This document shows, one piece after another, positions 11,934 to 25,950 of a DNA stretch of 64,000 nucleotides. The notes under the pieces were generated by a model that saw only the letters and a program-made list of their open reading frames with translations, searched no databases and was not told the DNA's origin. Source of the stretch: Octopus vulgaris (Eukaryota); contig OX597822.1 of assembly GCA_951406725.2 (NCBI GenBank), positions 39,556,001-39,620,000 of the forward strand. Direction: 5' to 3'. Each line of letters starts with the position of its first letter. Position 1 is the stretch's first letter. A program made the position numbers and the translations under genes.

Positions 11934-12544
11934 GTGCGTTTGGTTCTCTATCTCTCTACGTATTTGACTTACACAATGTAAATCTTTCATCTTTATTCCA
12001 CAGGTTTCTCTCAAGAGTTCACTGAGGTAGGAACAATAAATAAACAAACCTATAATTGGCTCCCCACTTGATAAGACTGCTGGCACTATCTGCCGATAGA
12101 TGGCACTATCAGCCGACATATGCACTTCTATGGCGGAAAAACTACAAACGTCAAGTGTAACAAAATGGCGTCCTTCATTGTGAAACAAAATTATTTCCAT
12201 TCCATTTAACTCTCTTTCATACACATAACTGCTCTCAGTTACTCAAAATATTTACATTAATATTATCTCTCGACGTCGTCATTGCTGTTGTTTCTGATTA
12301 AAAATATTCCTTCCGCGACCATCCTGTCTAGCTTTCAGGCAAAGTTTAGCAACAACTGGATTATGTATTGTAATTATACCTACACTATTTAGAGTAACCC
12401 AGCTACATTATCGACATTATCTATTGTAGTGGGTGTCACCCTTTCCCACCTTTTTTTATTTTACCTATGGGCACCTTTCATTCCAGTTTCACCCCCACTG
12501 GATCACCTTGTTGAAAACATTCCTGTTATATTCTTTTTTTTAAA

Positions 12545-12730
12545 TTTATTTATGCGGCCCTTTTCAAGCCTAGCGAGGCTCACGGGCCCGGTTTCCCGGT
12601 TTCTATGGCGTATGAGTTTCCCCCAGCTTGGACGGGACGCCAATCCATTGCAGCGTTACTCAAGAAACAGGACGAAAGAGTGAGAGAAAGTTGGGGCGAA
12701 AGAGTACAACAAGGGTCGCCACCACCCCCT
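12545..12730 (-). mobile_element. 3' half of tRNA-derived SINE family 3
   Basis: Reverse complement matches 43560-43730 (gcgacccttg...tcgccccaact...gagtaacgctgc...gggccgcataaataaat). Confidence 0.75.
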
Positions 12731-12753
12731 GTTATATTCTTATATTCCTTTAT

Positions 12754-12971
12754 TTTACTTGCTTCAGTCATTATACTACGGCCATGCTGGAGTATCCCTT
12801 TGAGGAATTTTTCGTCGAAGGAATCGACTCCAGAACTGTTTTTTTTTAAAGTCTGGTACTCAATCCGTTGGTTATCTTTTGCCGAACTGCTACGTTACGG
12901 AGACATAAGCAAACCAACGCTAGTTGCCAAACGGTCGTGGGGGTGGGCAAGCCTAGACACAAAACACATAC

Positions 12972-13002
<31 letters not shown>

Positions 13003-13011
13003 ACACACATG

Positions 13012-13058
<47 letters not shown>

Positions 13059-13218
13059 GACGGGCTTCTTTCACTTTCCGTCTAGCAAATCCTGTCACAA
13101 GGCTTTGGTGGGCCCGAGGCTATAGCAGAAAACACTTGCCCAAGGTGCCACGCAGTGGGATTGAAACGGGAACCATGTGGTTGGGATGCAAACTTCTTAC
13201 CACACAACCACGCCTGCA
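12754..13218 (-). mobile_element. SINE family 1 copy
   Basis: Head ggtgcaggcgtggttgtgtggtaagaag at 13218, internal (TA)/(TG), tail ctccagcatggccgtag at about 12790. Confidence 0.85.
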
Positions 13219-13551
13219 CCTATATTATTATGATTAAACATTATTAGGAATTGTATTCAAAATGCTAAAATATTTTGCGTATTGTAAATGTATAATCAAT
13301 TTATTGCTGATAGACTGTAGCAGCAAAATCTTCTATGGATCCCAGTTGGGAACAATTGCTGTATTATCTACAGTAACTACACTAACATTATCGTGTGTAT
13401 TGAAGTTGATTCTCCTGTCTGTCTGTCTCTCTTTCCCCTTCTCTCTCTCTCTTTTTGTATTTCATGCAGTCTCTCACTCTTTTATTCTTTTTAAACATTA
13501 TTTACATTATTTATATTTGATGGATATTTGTCCTCATCTTGCTTGTTGTTA

Positions 13552-13597
13552 AACACAACGTTTCGGCTGATATACCCTCCAGCCTTCATCAGGTGTC
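13552..13597 (-). ncRNA. Minimal type I hammerhead ribozyme motif (Penelope/retrozyme type), intact core
   Basis: Minus: GACAC CUGAUGA A GGCUG gagggtatat CAGCC GAAAC GUU GUGUU; stem III reduced to the palindrome AACGUU. Confidence 0.78.
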
Positions 13598-13859
13598 CTA
13601 GGGAAATTTCGGACCGAGCTTCTCATTCGTACGGTGTATTTCGTTGTTGTTGTTGTTGTTGTTTTTGTTGTTGTTATTATTATTATTATTATCATTATTA
13701 TTCAGGTCACTGAATATATACATATATATGTGGGTATACATATATATATAGGTATGTACATATATGTATATATGCATATATTTATATATTATTTATATTA
13801 TTATATGATCGAACGCCACGCATCCATTTCCAAGTAAGTTTTATCTATATATATGTATA

Positions 13860-14094
13860 TACACCTCTACCATCACTAAACTCACTGCTACTACCGGCGC
13901 CACCGTTACCACCAGCACCAGTAACAACAACAACAACAACAGCACAATCAGTAAACAATCGCCACTAACACCACAACCGGCATCACTAAAACTGGAACCA
14001 CCTCTACTACTACTACTACTACTAATGTTGCACAGTTGCTGCTGCTGCTACTATTACTACTACTACTAATGTTGCATAGCTGCTTCTGCTGCTG

Positions 14095-14153
<59 letters not shown>

Positions 14154-14209
14154 GCTGCTGCTGCTTCCACCACCACCACCACCACCACCACCACCACTAC
14201 TACTACCAA

Positions 14210-14277
<68 letters not shown>

Positions 14278-14800
14278 ATGTTGCACAGCTGCTGCTACTA
14301 CTACTACTGCCACTACTACTGCTGCTGCAGCTGCTACTACTACTACTACTCCTACTGCTACTCCCCACCACATTGCAGTGGTATCTTTACCACTCCCAGA
14401 AAAAAGTAAGTAGTACTACAACGCAAGCCATGAACGTCATCACCACGATGTTAGTACTAAAACTATATCACCATAGCTACGACCACAACCACAGCAAAGT
14501 ACAACAACATCCGCCATTACCATCGCCACCACCGCCACCATCACCACTATAGTGCACACGGCCACCACCACCTTCCTCTCTCTCTCTCACCGAGCATTGC
14601 GGTTCAAAACAGCACGGATAACATCTCTAGAGTTCACGTGATCACCAATACTACAGAGCAGACCGCCATTGCTAGAGTACATGGCACCACCACAAACACA
14701 GTGCAGACCGCAACCACCACCACCAGCACCGCCACCAGCACCAGCACCAGCACCATCAGCACCATCACCTTTCAACACCATCAGCACCAGCACCAAAGTA
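13860..14800. repeat. Compound trinucleotide region (CTA/CTG/CAC/CAA)
   Basis: Long (CTA)n, (CAC)n and (CTG)n tracts with a thrice-repeated ctaatgttgca spacer. Confidence 0.85.
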
Positions 14801-15099
14801 AAGTAAAGAGCGGGCACCAGAGAAGCAGACAAACAGGAACTTTAGAAGGGACCATATTGAAACAAGATGGCCGAAGGCGACTGATAAAACGTCTGGAGGC
14901 TTTATATAGCACATTCATTCCAAACAACGCAGTAAATTCGGTCATACATACAAGCATACATACATACGTGCATAACATACATAACATGTATGTGTGTACG
15001 TGCACACATGCTTGTATGTATGAATGTATACAGACACACACAAACACACAAACACACACACACACACACTCATATGTACTCTTTTATCTTGTTTTCTTT

Positions 15100-15270
15100 T
15101 ATTTATTTCAGTCATTAGACAACGGCCATGCTGGGGCACCACCCTGGGGGGGTTTTAGTCGAACAAACCGACCGCAGAACTTATTCTATCGGTGTCTTTG
15201 GCAGAAACGTTAGATTACATGGACGGAAACACACACACATCGGTTATGAAGCAGTGGTGAGGGACACAGA
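15100..15270 (-). mobile_element. SINE family 1, 3' half
   Basis: tttcagtcattag...ggccatgctggggcaccac...acttattctatcgg. Confidence 0.75.
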
Positions 15271-15308
15271 CACACACACACATTCACACACGTACGCACA
15301 CACATATG

Positions 15309-15348
<40 letters not shown>

Positions 15349-15349
<1 letters not shown>

Positions 15350-16369
15350 TAGCATTAAAGACCCGTTGTTGCCGGGTCATAGTGCTAGTGCATGTATATA
15401 TGTGTACATATTATATGTACATCTATATATATACATCTACACATAAAATACAAAATACAAAGTTATATCTTGATATCGCTAGTGATAATAATACTCAAAA
15501 TATATAACAGACTGGAATTGTTAGCCCGTCTCTTGTAATTTTGATCAATTGTATCTTGTCCTCCCTCTTGTATAGAAGTGTGGCTACAATCCAGCCTACC
15601 TCTACTTCTGGGGGTGGGGTGGGGGGGTGAGACATTTAATTTTTTTTTCCGCGACGTCCCACGTCCCAGATATAAAGATAAAAATAAAATATTTCCACTT
15701 TGCAAGTTTGAGTCGAGTACTCCCTTGCTTCTATTGTGGCGAATTTACCGCCTCTGATTAGATACCTTTCATAGTCGCACCAAGACACTTTTCGAAAGTG
15801 CTTTCCTTCATGTGTTCAAATCTTCTTTTTTCTCTACATTGTATACTTTATATACAATAGTCTTTTCTTTAATTTAATTTTTTATTATCCATCTGGACTA
15901 TTCCATTTCTGCACGCTAATTTTATTTTTAATTTATTCCCATTCATGTGAAACCACTTATTCAAGTTCAAGTCATTGATGCAATTTTATAACAATTGCTA
16001 TTTTTACTTTTGTTATGTTTGATTTTAATTATTACTTACTACATATAATTCAATTGTATTACTTACTACATATAATTCAATTGTTATTATTATTTTTATT
16101 GTTAAAGTGAAAGTATCTGACAAAATAGAGAAACGTGTTTGTTTCACTTTTAACACGTAATACTGAAATAGTGGAGAAGATATGATATTGCTATAGGCTC
16201 GCTCTTGGCAAGAAGTTGAACATTTTTTTTTGCCCATGAAACTACATGGACCCTAAGTAAGGCATGTGTAAAATTTGAATGAAATTGGTTGTGTAGTTCT
16301 CAAGTTTTAGGGAAACACACAGACAGACAGACAGACAGACACACATTCTCAGTTATATATATATAAAGA
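15349..16369 (-). mobile_element. Non-autonomous Helitron
   Basis: Minus strand starts TCTTTATATATA (16369), has (GTCT)n near the 5' end, ends with hairpin gacccg-gcaacaa-cgggtc, 7 nt, CTAG (15349); sits between A and T. Confidence 0.8.
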
Positions 16370-16791
16370 TATATATATGTATGTGTTCCCCTTCATCAGT
16401 TGTCCCTGTTTCATCTGCTCCGTGTTTCGAAGGTGGGGGCGGTGCGGGACTTAGTTGGGGCGGTCCTTCTCGCAAGGCAGATTGGGTAGGATTTAGGATT
16501 TTTTTCGGAGGCTGGGGTGGTGGCAGGAGCGGGATAGTGAGAACAACACCGTTGTTCGAAAAAAAGTTCGTTTTCTATGTTTTTGTTTTTATGTTTTCGT
16601 TTCTCATTGTGTTCAACGTTTTTTTGATGTCCTGTACCCATATATGCATGTATATATACATATATATATAGGTATGTACATATATGCATGTATATATGCA
16701 TATATTAATATATTATTTATGTTATTATATAATCGAACACCACGCATCCATTTCCAAGTAAATTTTATCTATATATATGTATATCTATACA

Positions 16792-16881
<90 letters not shown>

Positions 16882-16913
16882 CATACATACATACATATAT
16901 TTATGTATATATG

Positions 16914-16971
<58 letters not shown>

Positions 16972-17027
16972 CATACACATATACATATATAAATACACAT
17001 ATATATGTATACACACACACCCATATA

Positions 17028-17822
17028 TCGGGTCATTAGACCGATTTTCTTATGCACCAAGTTTGACAGTCGTTTGAAAGTCGTTAATTTTAATGTTTTA
17101 TCCTGACAATTTTTAGTTTTACAACATTGAAGAGTTACATCATTTTTCGAAATGCAATTTATGGTGTCTGATTATATTGCGAGTTTTCTCATGAAAATCA
17201 ATTTTTGTGAATCTATGGATAGATGAAAAATTTGTGTTTATGAATACGAGTTCCGTCGCGGAATAAATGCATCTCAGACAGCTCGAAACATCAATGAGGT
17301 GTTGGTGAAGATGTGGCGGATGAGCGCACTGTACGTAGATGCTCTGAGAAGTTCCGGTCTGGTGACTTTACTCTTAAAAATCAGCACTTTGATAGACATG
17401 AGACCAAGGTGGATAATGATGAGCTGGAAACTAGTTGAAGTGGATACATCTCAAACTCTGCGTGAATTAGCAGCAATGTTTGATACTTCGATTCCAACTG
17501 TATTGGACCATTTGAAACAAATGGGCAAAGTAAAAACGCTGCACCATACGAACTGAACGAGTATAAAATGACACGTCGCTTTTAAACTTACTGTTCTTTA
17601 CTGTCAAGGCATAAAAGTGAACCATTTTTGCATCGTATTGTTACGTGTAATGAAAAATGGATTGTTTTCTGCATAATTAAAAAAACCAAGATTGGTAAAT
17701 ACAGATAGGCCAATTCTCTTCCAAGACAATGCTCCACCACATGTTGCAGAAAGAACGTTACCCAACTTACAAGAACTTGGAAGTACTCTGTCATCCACCA
17801 AATCCATCAGACCTTGCACCAA
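17028..17822 (+). mobile_element. Degenerate mariner-family transposon fragment
   Basis: Broken frames give YEFRRGINASQTARNINEV, ERTVRR..EKFRSGDF, LHRIVTCNEKWI, QDNAPPH, SPDLAP. Confidence 0.8.
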
Positions 17823-17834
17823 GTATATATATAT

Positions 17835-18130
17835 AGGTGCAGGAGTGGCTGTGTGGTAAGTAGCTTACTTACCAAGAACATGGTTCCGGGTTCAGCCACA
17901 CTGAGTGGTACCTTGGGCAAGTGGCTTCTACTATAGCCTCGGGCCGACCAAAGCCTTGTGAGTGGATTTGGTAGACGGAAACTGAAAGAAGCCCGTCGTA
18001 TATATGTATAAATTTATGTCTGTGTCTCTGTGTTTGTCCCCCAACATCGCTTGACAACCGACTAAAGGCGGTGCCCAAGCATGGCTGCAGTCAAATAATT
18101 GAAACAAGTAGAAGAATAAAAGAGTAAAAG
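17835..18130 (+). mobile_element. SINE family 1 copy with internal deletion
   Basis: ggtgcaggagtggctgtgtggtaag head; ggcggtgcccaagcatggctgcag tail. Confidence 0.85.
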
Positions 18131-18143
18131 AGGAAAAGATATG

Positions 18144-18200
<57 letters not shown>

Positions 18201-18751
18201 CATATCTTTTCCTCTTTTACTCTTTATATATATATATATATATATATGCACATATCCATCGTTGCTATTATGCTAAACTGTCGTTTGTCCGGATATGGCC
18301 AGATGCATCTTGAAATAGCCGGTTGTTTTGATCAAACTATCGTATCTCCGGCTGCTTCAGATTCCAAGATATCAAAAATTGTCAAGGTGTAGAGCAACGG
18401 CTTTGGTATGGAATGGTGAAACTACATTTTTTTCTTTTCCGGAAAAAAAAAGCAACGTTTTGGGCTTACGACACTTTTGCCTTATAGCAACCATGCATAT
18501 ACATACATATATAAATAGTTAGGGTCAAAAATTGATTATTAATTTGAATATTTAAATTTAAATAACCATGTTCTCTAACCGGCAAAATTCACCGCAGAGA
18601 ATTATTCTCTGCAGAATTATTTCCGGTATTTTGGCGCGCCAAAACGAAGACTTTTGAAATATAACCCCAAATATAATGGTAGAACTATATATATATTCAA
18701 TCTCATGTGGATGTCTCGTGTATAGTTCTGCAAATTATATTTTGTTATGAC

Positions 18752-18820
18752 GATCACACTGATTAATTGCGGACGTTTACGTAAGTATTATGTGAAAGCA
18801 ATGAAACCGGGTTTGTGATT
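18752..18820 (+). ncRNA. Hammerhead-like motif with G8-to-U core change
   Basis: GAUCACA CUGAUUA AUUGC...GCAAU GAAAC CGG GUU UGUGAUU: 7-bp stem I, 5-bp stem II. Confidence 0.55.
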
Positions 18821-19021
18821 AATCATTCTATTTTATAGTTTTTCATTTGTCTTGCTCGCTTACGTTCTAGCGTTTGCTGAATTTTCTTGTGAGCAATCTT
18901 TTCTTAGTGGTCAGAGCATATGGGGTCAACCTCTAGCATAATGGATGCCCACTTAGTGGTCATCCCTCTTATATGTATACATACACACACACACACACAT
19001 ATATATATAGAGAGAGATATG

Positions 19022-21802
19022 TTTATTTATTAGCCACACAGGGCTGCACACAGATAGAACAAATTACAAGGTAGAGCTTTTCTTTTGAAGGTTTAAAAAA
19101 AAAAAAAGGAAGGGGGAGTTTCGATCAAAAGGGATCGTAAAAGGAGAGAAAGAGGACAAAAAAAAGGGGGGTTAAAAAAAAGGGGGAGAGGAAAAAAAAA
19201 ATTGATCAATAGGGATCGTTATCACAGAAATGTCAATATGAAGTGTAAAGGGGAGGACAGGTGAGGTTTACCCGTGGAAAGAAAAGCCTACGGAAAAGAC
19301 CACGGTAACCTCGGTCAATGGAGTCACATGTTATATTTCTTTTTTTTTTTTGCAAATAAGCAACTCTCTGTTTTCAATTTCTGGGTTCATAGGATCATGC
19401 TCAAGGTGGCTTCGTCATTCATACGTGTCATTCTTGCTACATTCACCCATCTTTTTTTAAAACATTCGCTAGACAAAACTTGCCTCTCTACTCTCACTTT
19501 CCTTTTCAAGTGGTACTTGAAGAAGTTGATGAGAGATTGACCAGAGAGGAAAGTGTTTGTCTCCAATCCTTTCAGACGCGTCCACCAGATACATTCTTTC
19601 GCCATAGCCACAAGGATGATGAAAGTAGCTCTTCCTTCCCGTTTGAAGGAGGGAGGCGTGACAATATTAACGATAGACTCAGCTGATAAACCGACTCGTC
19701 CCACACGTGACAGCAGTTGTTCGACACAAGCCCACAGGTCGGAAATTGTTGGACACTGCACGAGTGCGTGCAGAACGGTTTCGTCGCTCTGACCGCATCT
19801 CGGGCAGGTCGGCCCCGTGTTTCTCGAGCCGTGTCTGTAGAGCTTATCCCGAACGGGTAGCGCTTCTCGGTAGCACTGCCAGGCCAGGGATCTCTGGAAG
19901 TTGTCCATGGGTCCTGGCCCGAAAGTCGTCCTGAACAGGCGGGTCAGGTACTCCTCGTCGACGTCCAGGTTCGCCCCGAGCTCGTCGTCGTACCTCCCCT
20001 CCACTAAACCCCTATAGAATGCTTTGGTTGTGTTGAAGTCACTCAAGGTCGACCCAGGACGGCAGAGTTGCTTGAGAGCAACGCGACACTCACGGTGCCA
20101 TTCGCCCTTCTTCGGCCTCTTTTTGATCCAAACTGCAGTTCGGTCATGGAGACGAGCTGCGGGAAAGCGTGCCTCACAAACGGCGACCACACCTGTTCAC
20201 CGTCGTCTACATAGAGCCAGAGATGTCGCAGTCTCAGCGCGTGTCTGCGCATCATCAACCACGGCATGCCCAGCCCTCCTTTTAACGGGTGTTGACAGCA
20301 AATGGATCGCCTGACCATCGGGACGCATCCTTTCCACAAGAAGCGAAAGAGAATGCGTTGTAGTTTGGTGATGGTAGGGTCGGGACAAGGTACGACGGTC
20401 AGGCGGTAGTAGATGACGGACGCGATGTACGTGTTCGCCACCTCCACCCGACCTTTTAGGGACAGTTTCCTCTCGGCCCATTGCCGGGCGAGAGTGACCA
20501 CCCTACTCGTTATCTCGTTCCAGTTCTTCTCCACTTGGAGGTCCGGACCAAACCAGACCCCGAGCAACTCAACCGGGCCGTCGGTCCAGCGTCCCACGAC
20601 GGAGGCGCTGGTGGACGGCATGGGCTTGCTTCTCCAGGTGCCTAGTCGCAAGCCCACTGACTTTTCCCGGTTGATTTTCGCTCCTGTCACCGCTTCGTAG
20701 TTTTTCAGTGTCTCGCCGACCTGCTCGATGTGCTCGTGGCTAGACACTATGACGGTGACGTCGTCCGCGTATGCAGACACGCTCGTCCCGCATCCCAGTT
20801 CTCGCGGGATGCCTCTCAAGGTTGCCAGCTTCCGCAATAATGGCTCGAGAGTCAATACGTATAGAAGCGACGAGAGGGGGCATCCCTGACGGACCGAACG
20901 TGCGATGTCGAAGGGTCTCGATAGATGTCCATTCACGCGAATTACCGAACGGATGCCTCTGTACAAAGCGGATATCCAGCCGCGGAAGACGGGACCGAAG
21001 CCAGCCGCTCCGAGGACCGCCTCCAAGTATCTATGGTCCACCCTATCGAAAGCTTTCGATTGATCCAAATTGATCAGCGCCCCACCCATGCCAGGTTCGT
21101 TAACTACCCTGTCTATGATGTAGCGCATCAGGTGGAGGTTGTCATGGATGGTCCGGCCTGGCACGGCGCATGTTTGCGCCCTGTCGACCAGTTTCTCGAT
21201 GACAAGCGCCAACCTCTTGGCTAGCACCTTGGCCAAAATTTTCAAGTCTGCATTAAGCAGAGTGATGGGCCTAAAGTTATCTATTACATTTCCCTTGTTT
21301 AGATCTTTCTTCAGCAGTGTTACGGCTCCTCGGCTCACAAAACCAGGAATGCTCCCGTTTTGCTGCCAGTTGCAGTACACCGCCGCCAAGAGATCTCCAA
21401 ACAAGTCTGGCATACAATTGTAAAGCTCGTAGGGTAGACCATCCAAACCCGGTGATTTGTCCCCCGAGCATTCTGCCATCGCTTCCTGCACTTCCGCCGC
21501 CGTGATGGCACCTTCGCAGCACCCTGCCTTTCTTGTCGAGAGTCGTGGTAGGCTATGTAGGTAGGCACTGAAGTCCACCCTACGTTCTTGCCCTCCACTC
21601 GTTCCGAACAGTCGGGCAAAATGCTGCTGAAAGGCCTCACACATTTTACTTGGCTCGAGCAATTCGCGCCCCTGTTCATCTACCAGGGACCGAATGGTGG
21701 CTTTGTTGCCCTGTTGCGCCTCTGCCACCCGGGCCTCTCTCGCGGCTCCAACACCTTCGTTCCTTAGAGCACGCATCCTAGCTCTGACAGCACATCCTTC
21801 GT

Positions 21803-21803
<1 letters not shown>
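19022..21803 (-). mobile_element. 5'-truncated Tx1/L1-clade LINE (RT + zf-RVT + 3' UTR)
   Basis: KSPGLDGLPYELY, NFRPITLLNADLKILAK, LDQSKAFDRVDH, VRQGCPLS, YADD; CPRC...ETVLHALVQC knuckle; one frameshift near 20135; GC-rich relative to flanks; 3' end gtggctaataaataaac. Confidence 0.92.
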
Positions 21804-22130
<327 letters not shown>

Positions 22131-22678
22131 TTCACGCTTTCTCCCTTCCGTTTTACTTCCTAACGTCCAGATAATGGCTACAAAATCTTTGAAATGTTTT
22201 ACAATATTAAAGAAAAAATTCTTCTCTTTATAGATTCGCATGCGCTTGAAATGTTTTCACGTGCATGGGCTTATTTCTAGAGTTTAAAAAGATCGAAACA
22301 TTTTCAAATGATTTTGTTTATATTTTAGTTGAAAAATAATGAACGCTCATACAGAAAAACAGACATTGGAATTTAGAGGCCCTCTCTCTGTCTCCGTCCC
22401 TCATAGTATATGTTTATACGAGTGCGAAACAGTGTGTCTGTGTGTATGCGCGCGCGCGCACACACACACACGCACATATTATGTGTATATATAGGGAGAA
22501 AGATATATAAAGATATGTATGTATGTATGTAGATATATATACATACACGTATATTCCCGCGCAGACTTTATAAAAACATTATCTCTACGTAGAAATGTAA
22601 GCAGACGTAAACAAAAACATGCGCACCCTTACATGTAGGTGTGGGTATGTAAGTGCGTTCTCGCATATATATATACTG

Positions 22679-22748
<70 letters not shown>

Positions 22749-22764
22749 CTATCTATATATATAT

Positions 22765-22821
<57 letters not shown>

Positions 22822-22948
22822 AGTGTACTGTTATATGAGGATACACGTACACGCACACGCCCATACACACGCACTCATGCACTCACGCACACATAAACAC
22901 CCACATACATATACACACATGCAAACGCATACATACAGACGTGTGTGT

Positions 22949-23001
<53 letters not shown>

Positions 23002-23652
23002 GAGGTGTGGGTGTGTTTATATGTATGTATGAGTGTATAGGTGTATGTATGAGTGTATATATGTATGTGTGTATGAGTGTTTATGTGTGTGTGTGTGTGT
23101 GTATGTATGAGTGTACATGTGTGTGCGCACGGGCGCGCGTGTGTACGTGCATGTGCGCTTCCGTGTGTTGTAGGAAAGGTTTGAATTGAAATGTGGTAGC
23201 AGTCTATACAGCAACTTTATTGGACCACCCTGTTTGTGTCCCCCTCTCCGGGGAGATTTATTGCTCGATTAGTCTGACCCCTTCCTTCCTAACCACTAAC
23301 CCTATCTATGTGAAATAAATCCCCTTCCATGGTTGATAAGAGTGAATGAAGCTGGCGGTGGAGGGGAAGTGATAGGGCGTGCCAAGGCCATCCGGGTCGC
23401 AAAGATATCCTCGAGTTGTTTGTCTCTCGAACGGAGGCGGAAAGCTAATTTAAACAACTTGTCCCTGTCTCGACTTCAACATACGCACACACATGTACGT
23501 ACCTATACACCTATATACATATACACATATGCACGTAGACACGTACGAATATACGTTTATACACGCACATACATAATACATATAGATACATATACACACA
23601 TACATGTATGCATATATACATACATACATACATACATACATACACACATATA

Positions 23653-23706
<54 letters not shown>

Positions 23707-24048
23707 TATATTTATATGTATATATACACGTATACATATGTATGTACACTAGCATACGTACATACGCATATTTACTCATGGTCTACACACACATGTATCT
23801 GTTTACGTATATATATATATATATATATATGTTCGTATGTAAGTATATATGTATGTGAATGTGTGTGTGCGCCCGTCTGTGTAAGTTAAGGAATTACTGT
23901 GTGGTTCAGAAGTTTGCTTGATAACCCCATGGATTCGATTTCGAACCCTAACTGTATAGCCATGGCTAAGTGTCTTTCTAGTACAATTCCGGAACATTCA
24001 AAACCTAGTGAGTTAAATGGATAGACAGAAACTGTACGAACCCCAACC

Positions 24049-24087
<39 letters not shown>

Positions 24088-24111
24088 TATTGCTGTGTGT
24101 GTGTGCGTGTG

Positions 24112-24144
<33 letters not shown>

Positions 24145-24159
24145 CTGTATATGCGTGTG

Positions 24160-24322
24160 AGTACCACAGGATTCTTTCAGTTTCTGTCTACAAATCCACT
24201 CACAAGGCTTTGGTCGGTTCGAGCTATAGAAGACACTTGCACAAAATGCTATGCAGTGCAACTGAACCCGGAAATACGTGATTGGGAAGCAAGCTTCTTA
24301 CCACACGGCCACGCCTGCGCCT
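24160..24322 (-). mobile_element. SINE family 1, 5' half
   Basis: Minus ggcgcaggcgtggccgtgtggtaagaagcttgc...gtgagtggatttgtagacagaaactgaaag. Confidence 0.8.
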
Positions 24323-24343
24323 ATACATACATACATACATACA

Positions 24344-24379
<36 letters not shown>

Positions 24380-24480
24380 TATATATATGTAGATATAGAT
24401 ATAGATACATATATACATATATATATACACACACATATATGCATATATATATACATACATTTATACATATATATATATAT

Positions 24481-24533
<53 letters not shown>

Positions 24534-24565
24534 AATATAATATGTGACAATTATTCGGTAGCCAT

Positions 24566-24627
24566 GATAAAACTTCGAGTTTCAGATCTCGCGGGCGGAA
24601 TCCCCCGCCGCCATCTCTTCAGCTATC
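24566..24627 (-). ncRNA. Type I hammerhead-like motif
   Basis: Minus: GAUAG CUGAAGA GAU(GC-rich insert)AUC U GAAAC UCGAA GUU UUAUC. Confidence 0.6.
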
Positions 24628-24767
24628 GGTCCATCGAAAAAATGCTATGAAAATGACCGTTAAGCAAAGGGAATTCACTGTGTGATTAACCGTTATTAAG
24701 ACAAAAGTGCTATTAGAATGACCGCTAAGTAAGGGGAGTAAAAATGTTCATAGTAATCGCGTAAGCG

Positions 24768-25460
24768 CGCATGTCCATACATGCACTTACGCGTCCGCAC
24801 ACCTACGTACATGTGCCTATACGTATATACTCATCCACCCTCACTTGAAACACACACATGCTCACCTACACATTCGCTAAACAAAAATACATATATAAAC
24901 ATACCCGCATACACGCTCGCACACACGCACACGCGCGCACAAAGATGGTTCACGCACACGTCTATATACGCAAATGCACAAGAAAAAAACAGGGCTAAAG
25001 GCAAAATACAGAAAAAAGTGTAAAAAAGTGAAAAAAAATAAGCAATAAGAATAAAAAGTAAAGGTGTAAATATGCTCATGGCGATCGTGTGTGAGCGCAT
25101 GTCCATACATACACATGCGCACACGCACACCCACATACATGTGCCTATGTGCATATGCTCGTCCACACTCACTTGAAACACATACATGCACATCCCCACA
25201 GTAGCCAAAAAATAATTTCTGCATACACACACACGCACACACACACACGCGCACAAAAATGTTCATATACACGTCTATATACGCACATACTCGCATGCAC
25301 GCACACACACACACACACGTCTATATACGCACATACCCGCACACACGCACACATCCACACGCGCGCACAAACAAAACCCATATACACGCCTATATACGCA
25401 CGGGAAAAACGCAGGGTGGAAGGTAAAATAAAGAAAAAATATGTATAAAAAATATGAGCA
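24768..25460. repeat. Imperfect tandem duplication, unit about 330 bp
   Basis: cgcatgtccatacat...acatgtgcctat...ctcacttgaaacac at about 24768 and 25096. Confidence 0.7.
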
Positions 25461-25865
25461 ATAAACCTATCAAACAATATCTCTATAAATATGTAAAACA
25501 ATATATAAAAAAATATATAAGAAATATAAGTAAAGAGTATAGGGAGATAAAAAGCTTGTACGTGGACACAATATAAAAAAGAAGCAAGTCCTATCTGTAA
25601 TCTCGGTGGGACCCAAAACGTAACAACTATTTAGCCACATATGAACATGATCGGAAAAGTTTAGTTCTTGAATTTAGACATGTGGCGTGATCTAAGCTGC
25701 TTTTCCATATCACAAAGACCGCACTTTCCACTGCCGTGGTGTAGGGATTACACTTAGCTAAGATTTTCCAATGGATGTTGTAACTGACACCTTTATCTTT
25801 TAAGGACCATATATTACTGGATAATTTGGTCGTTTTTTTTTATCCCAGTGCCTGAAGCTCAAGGT

Positions 25866-25950
<85 letters not shown>

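Noticed and set aside
14638-15213. 191-aa Thr/His/Gln-rich ORF
   Set aside because: Made of trinucleotide repeats and runs into an antisense SINE
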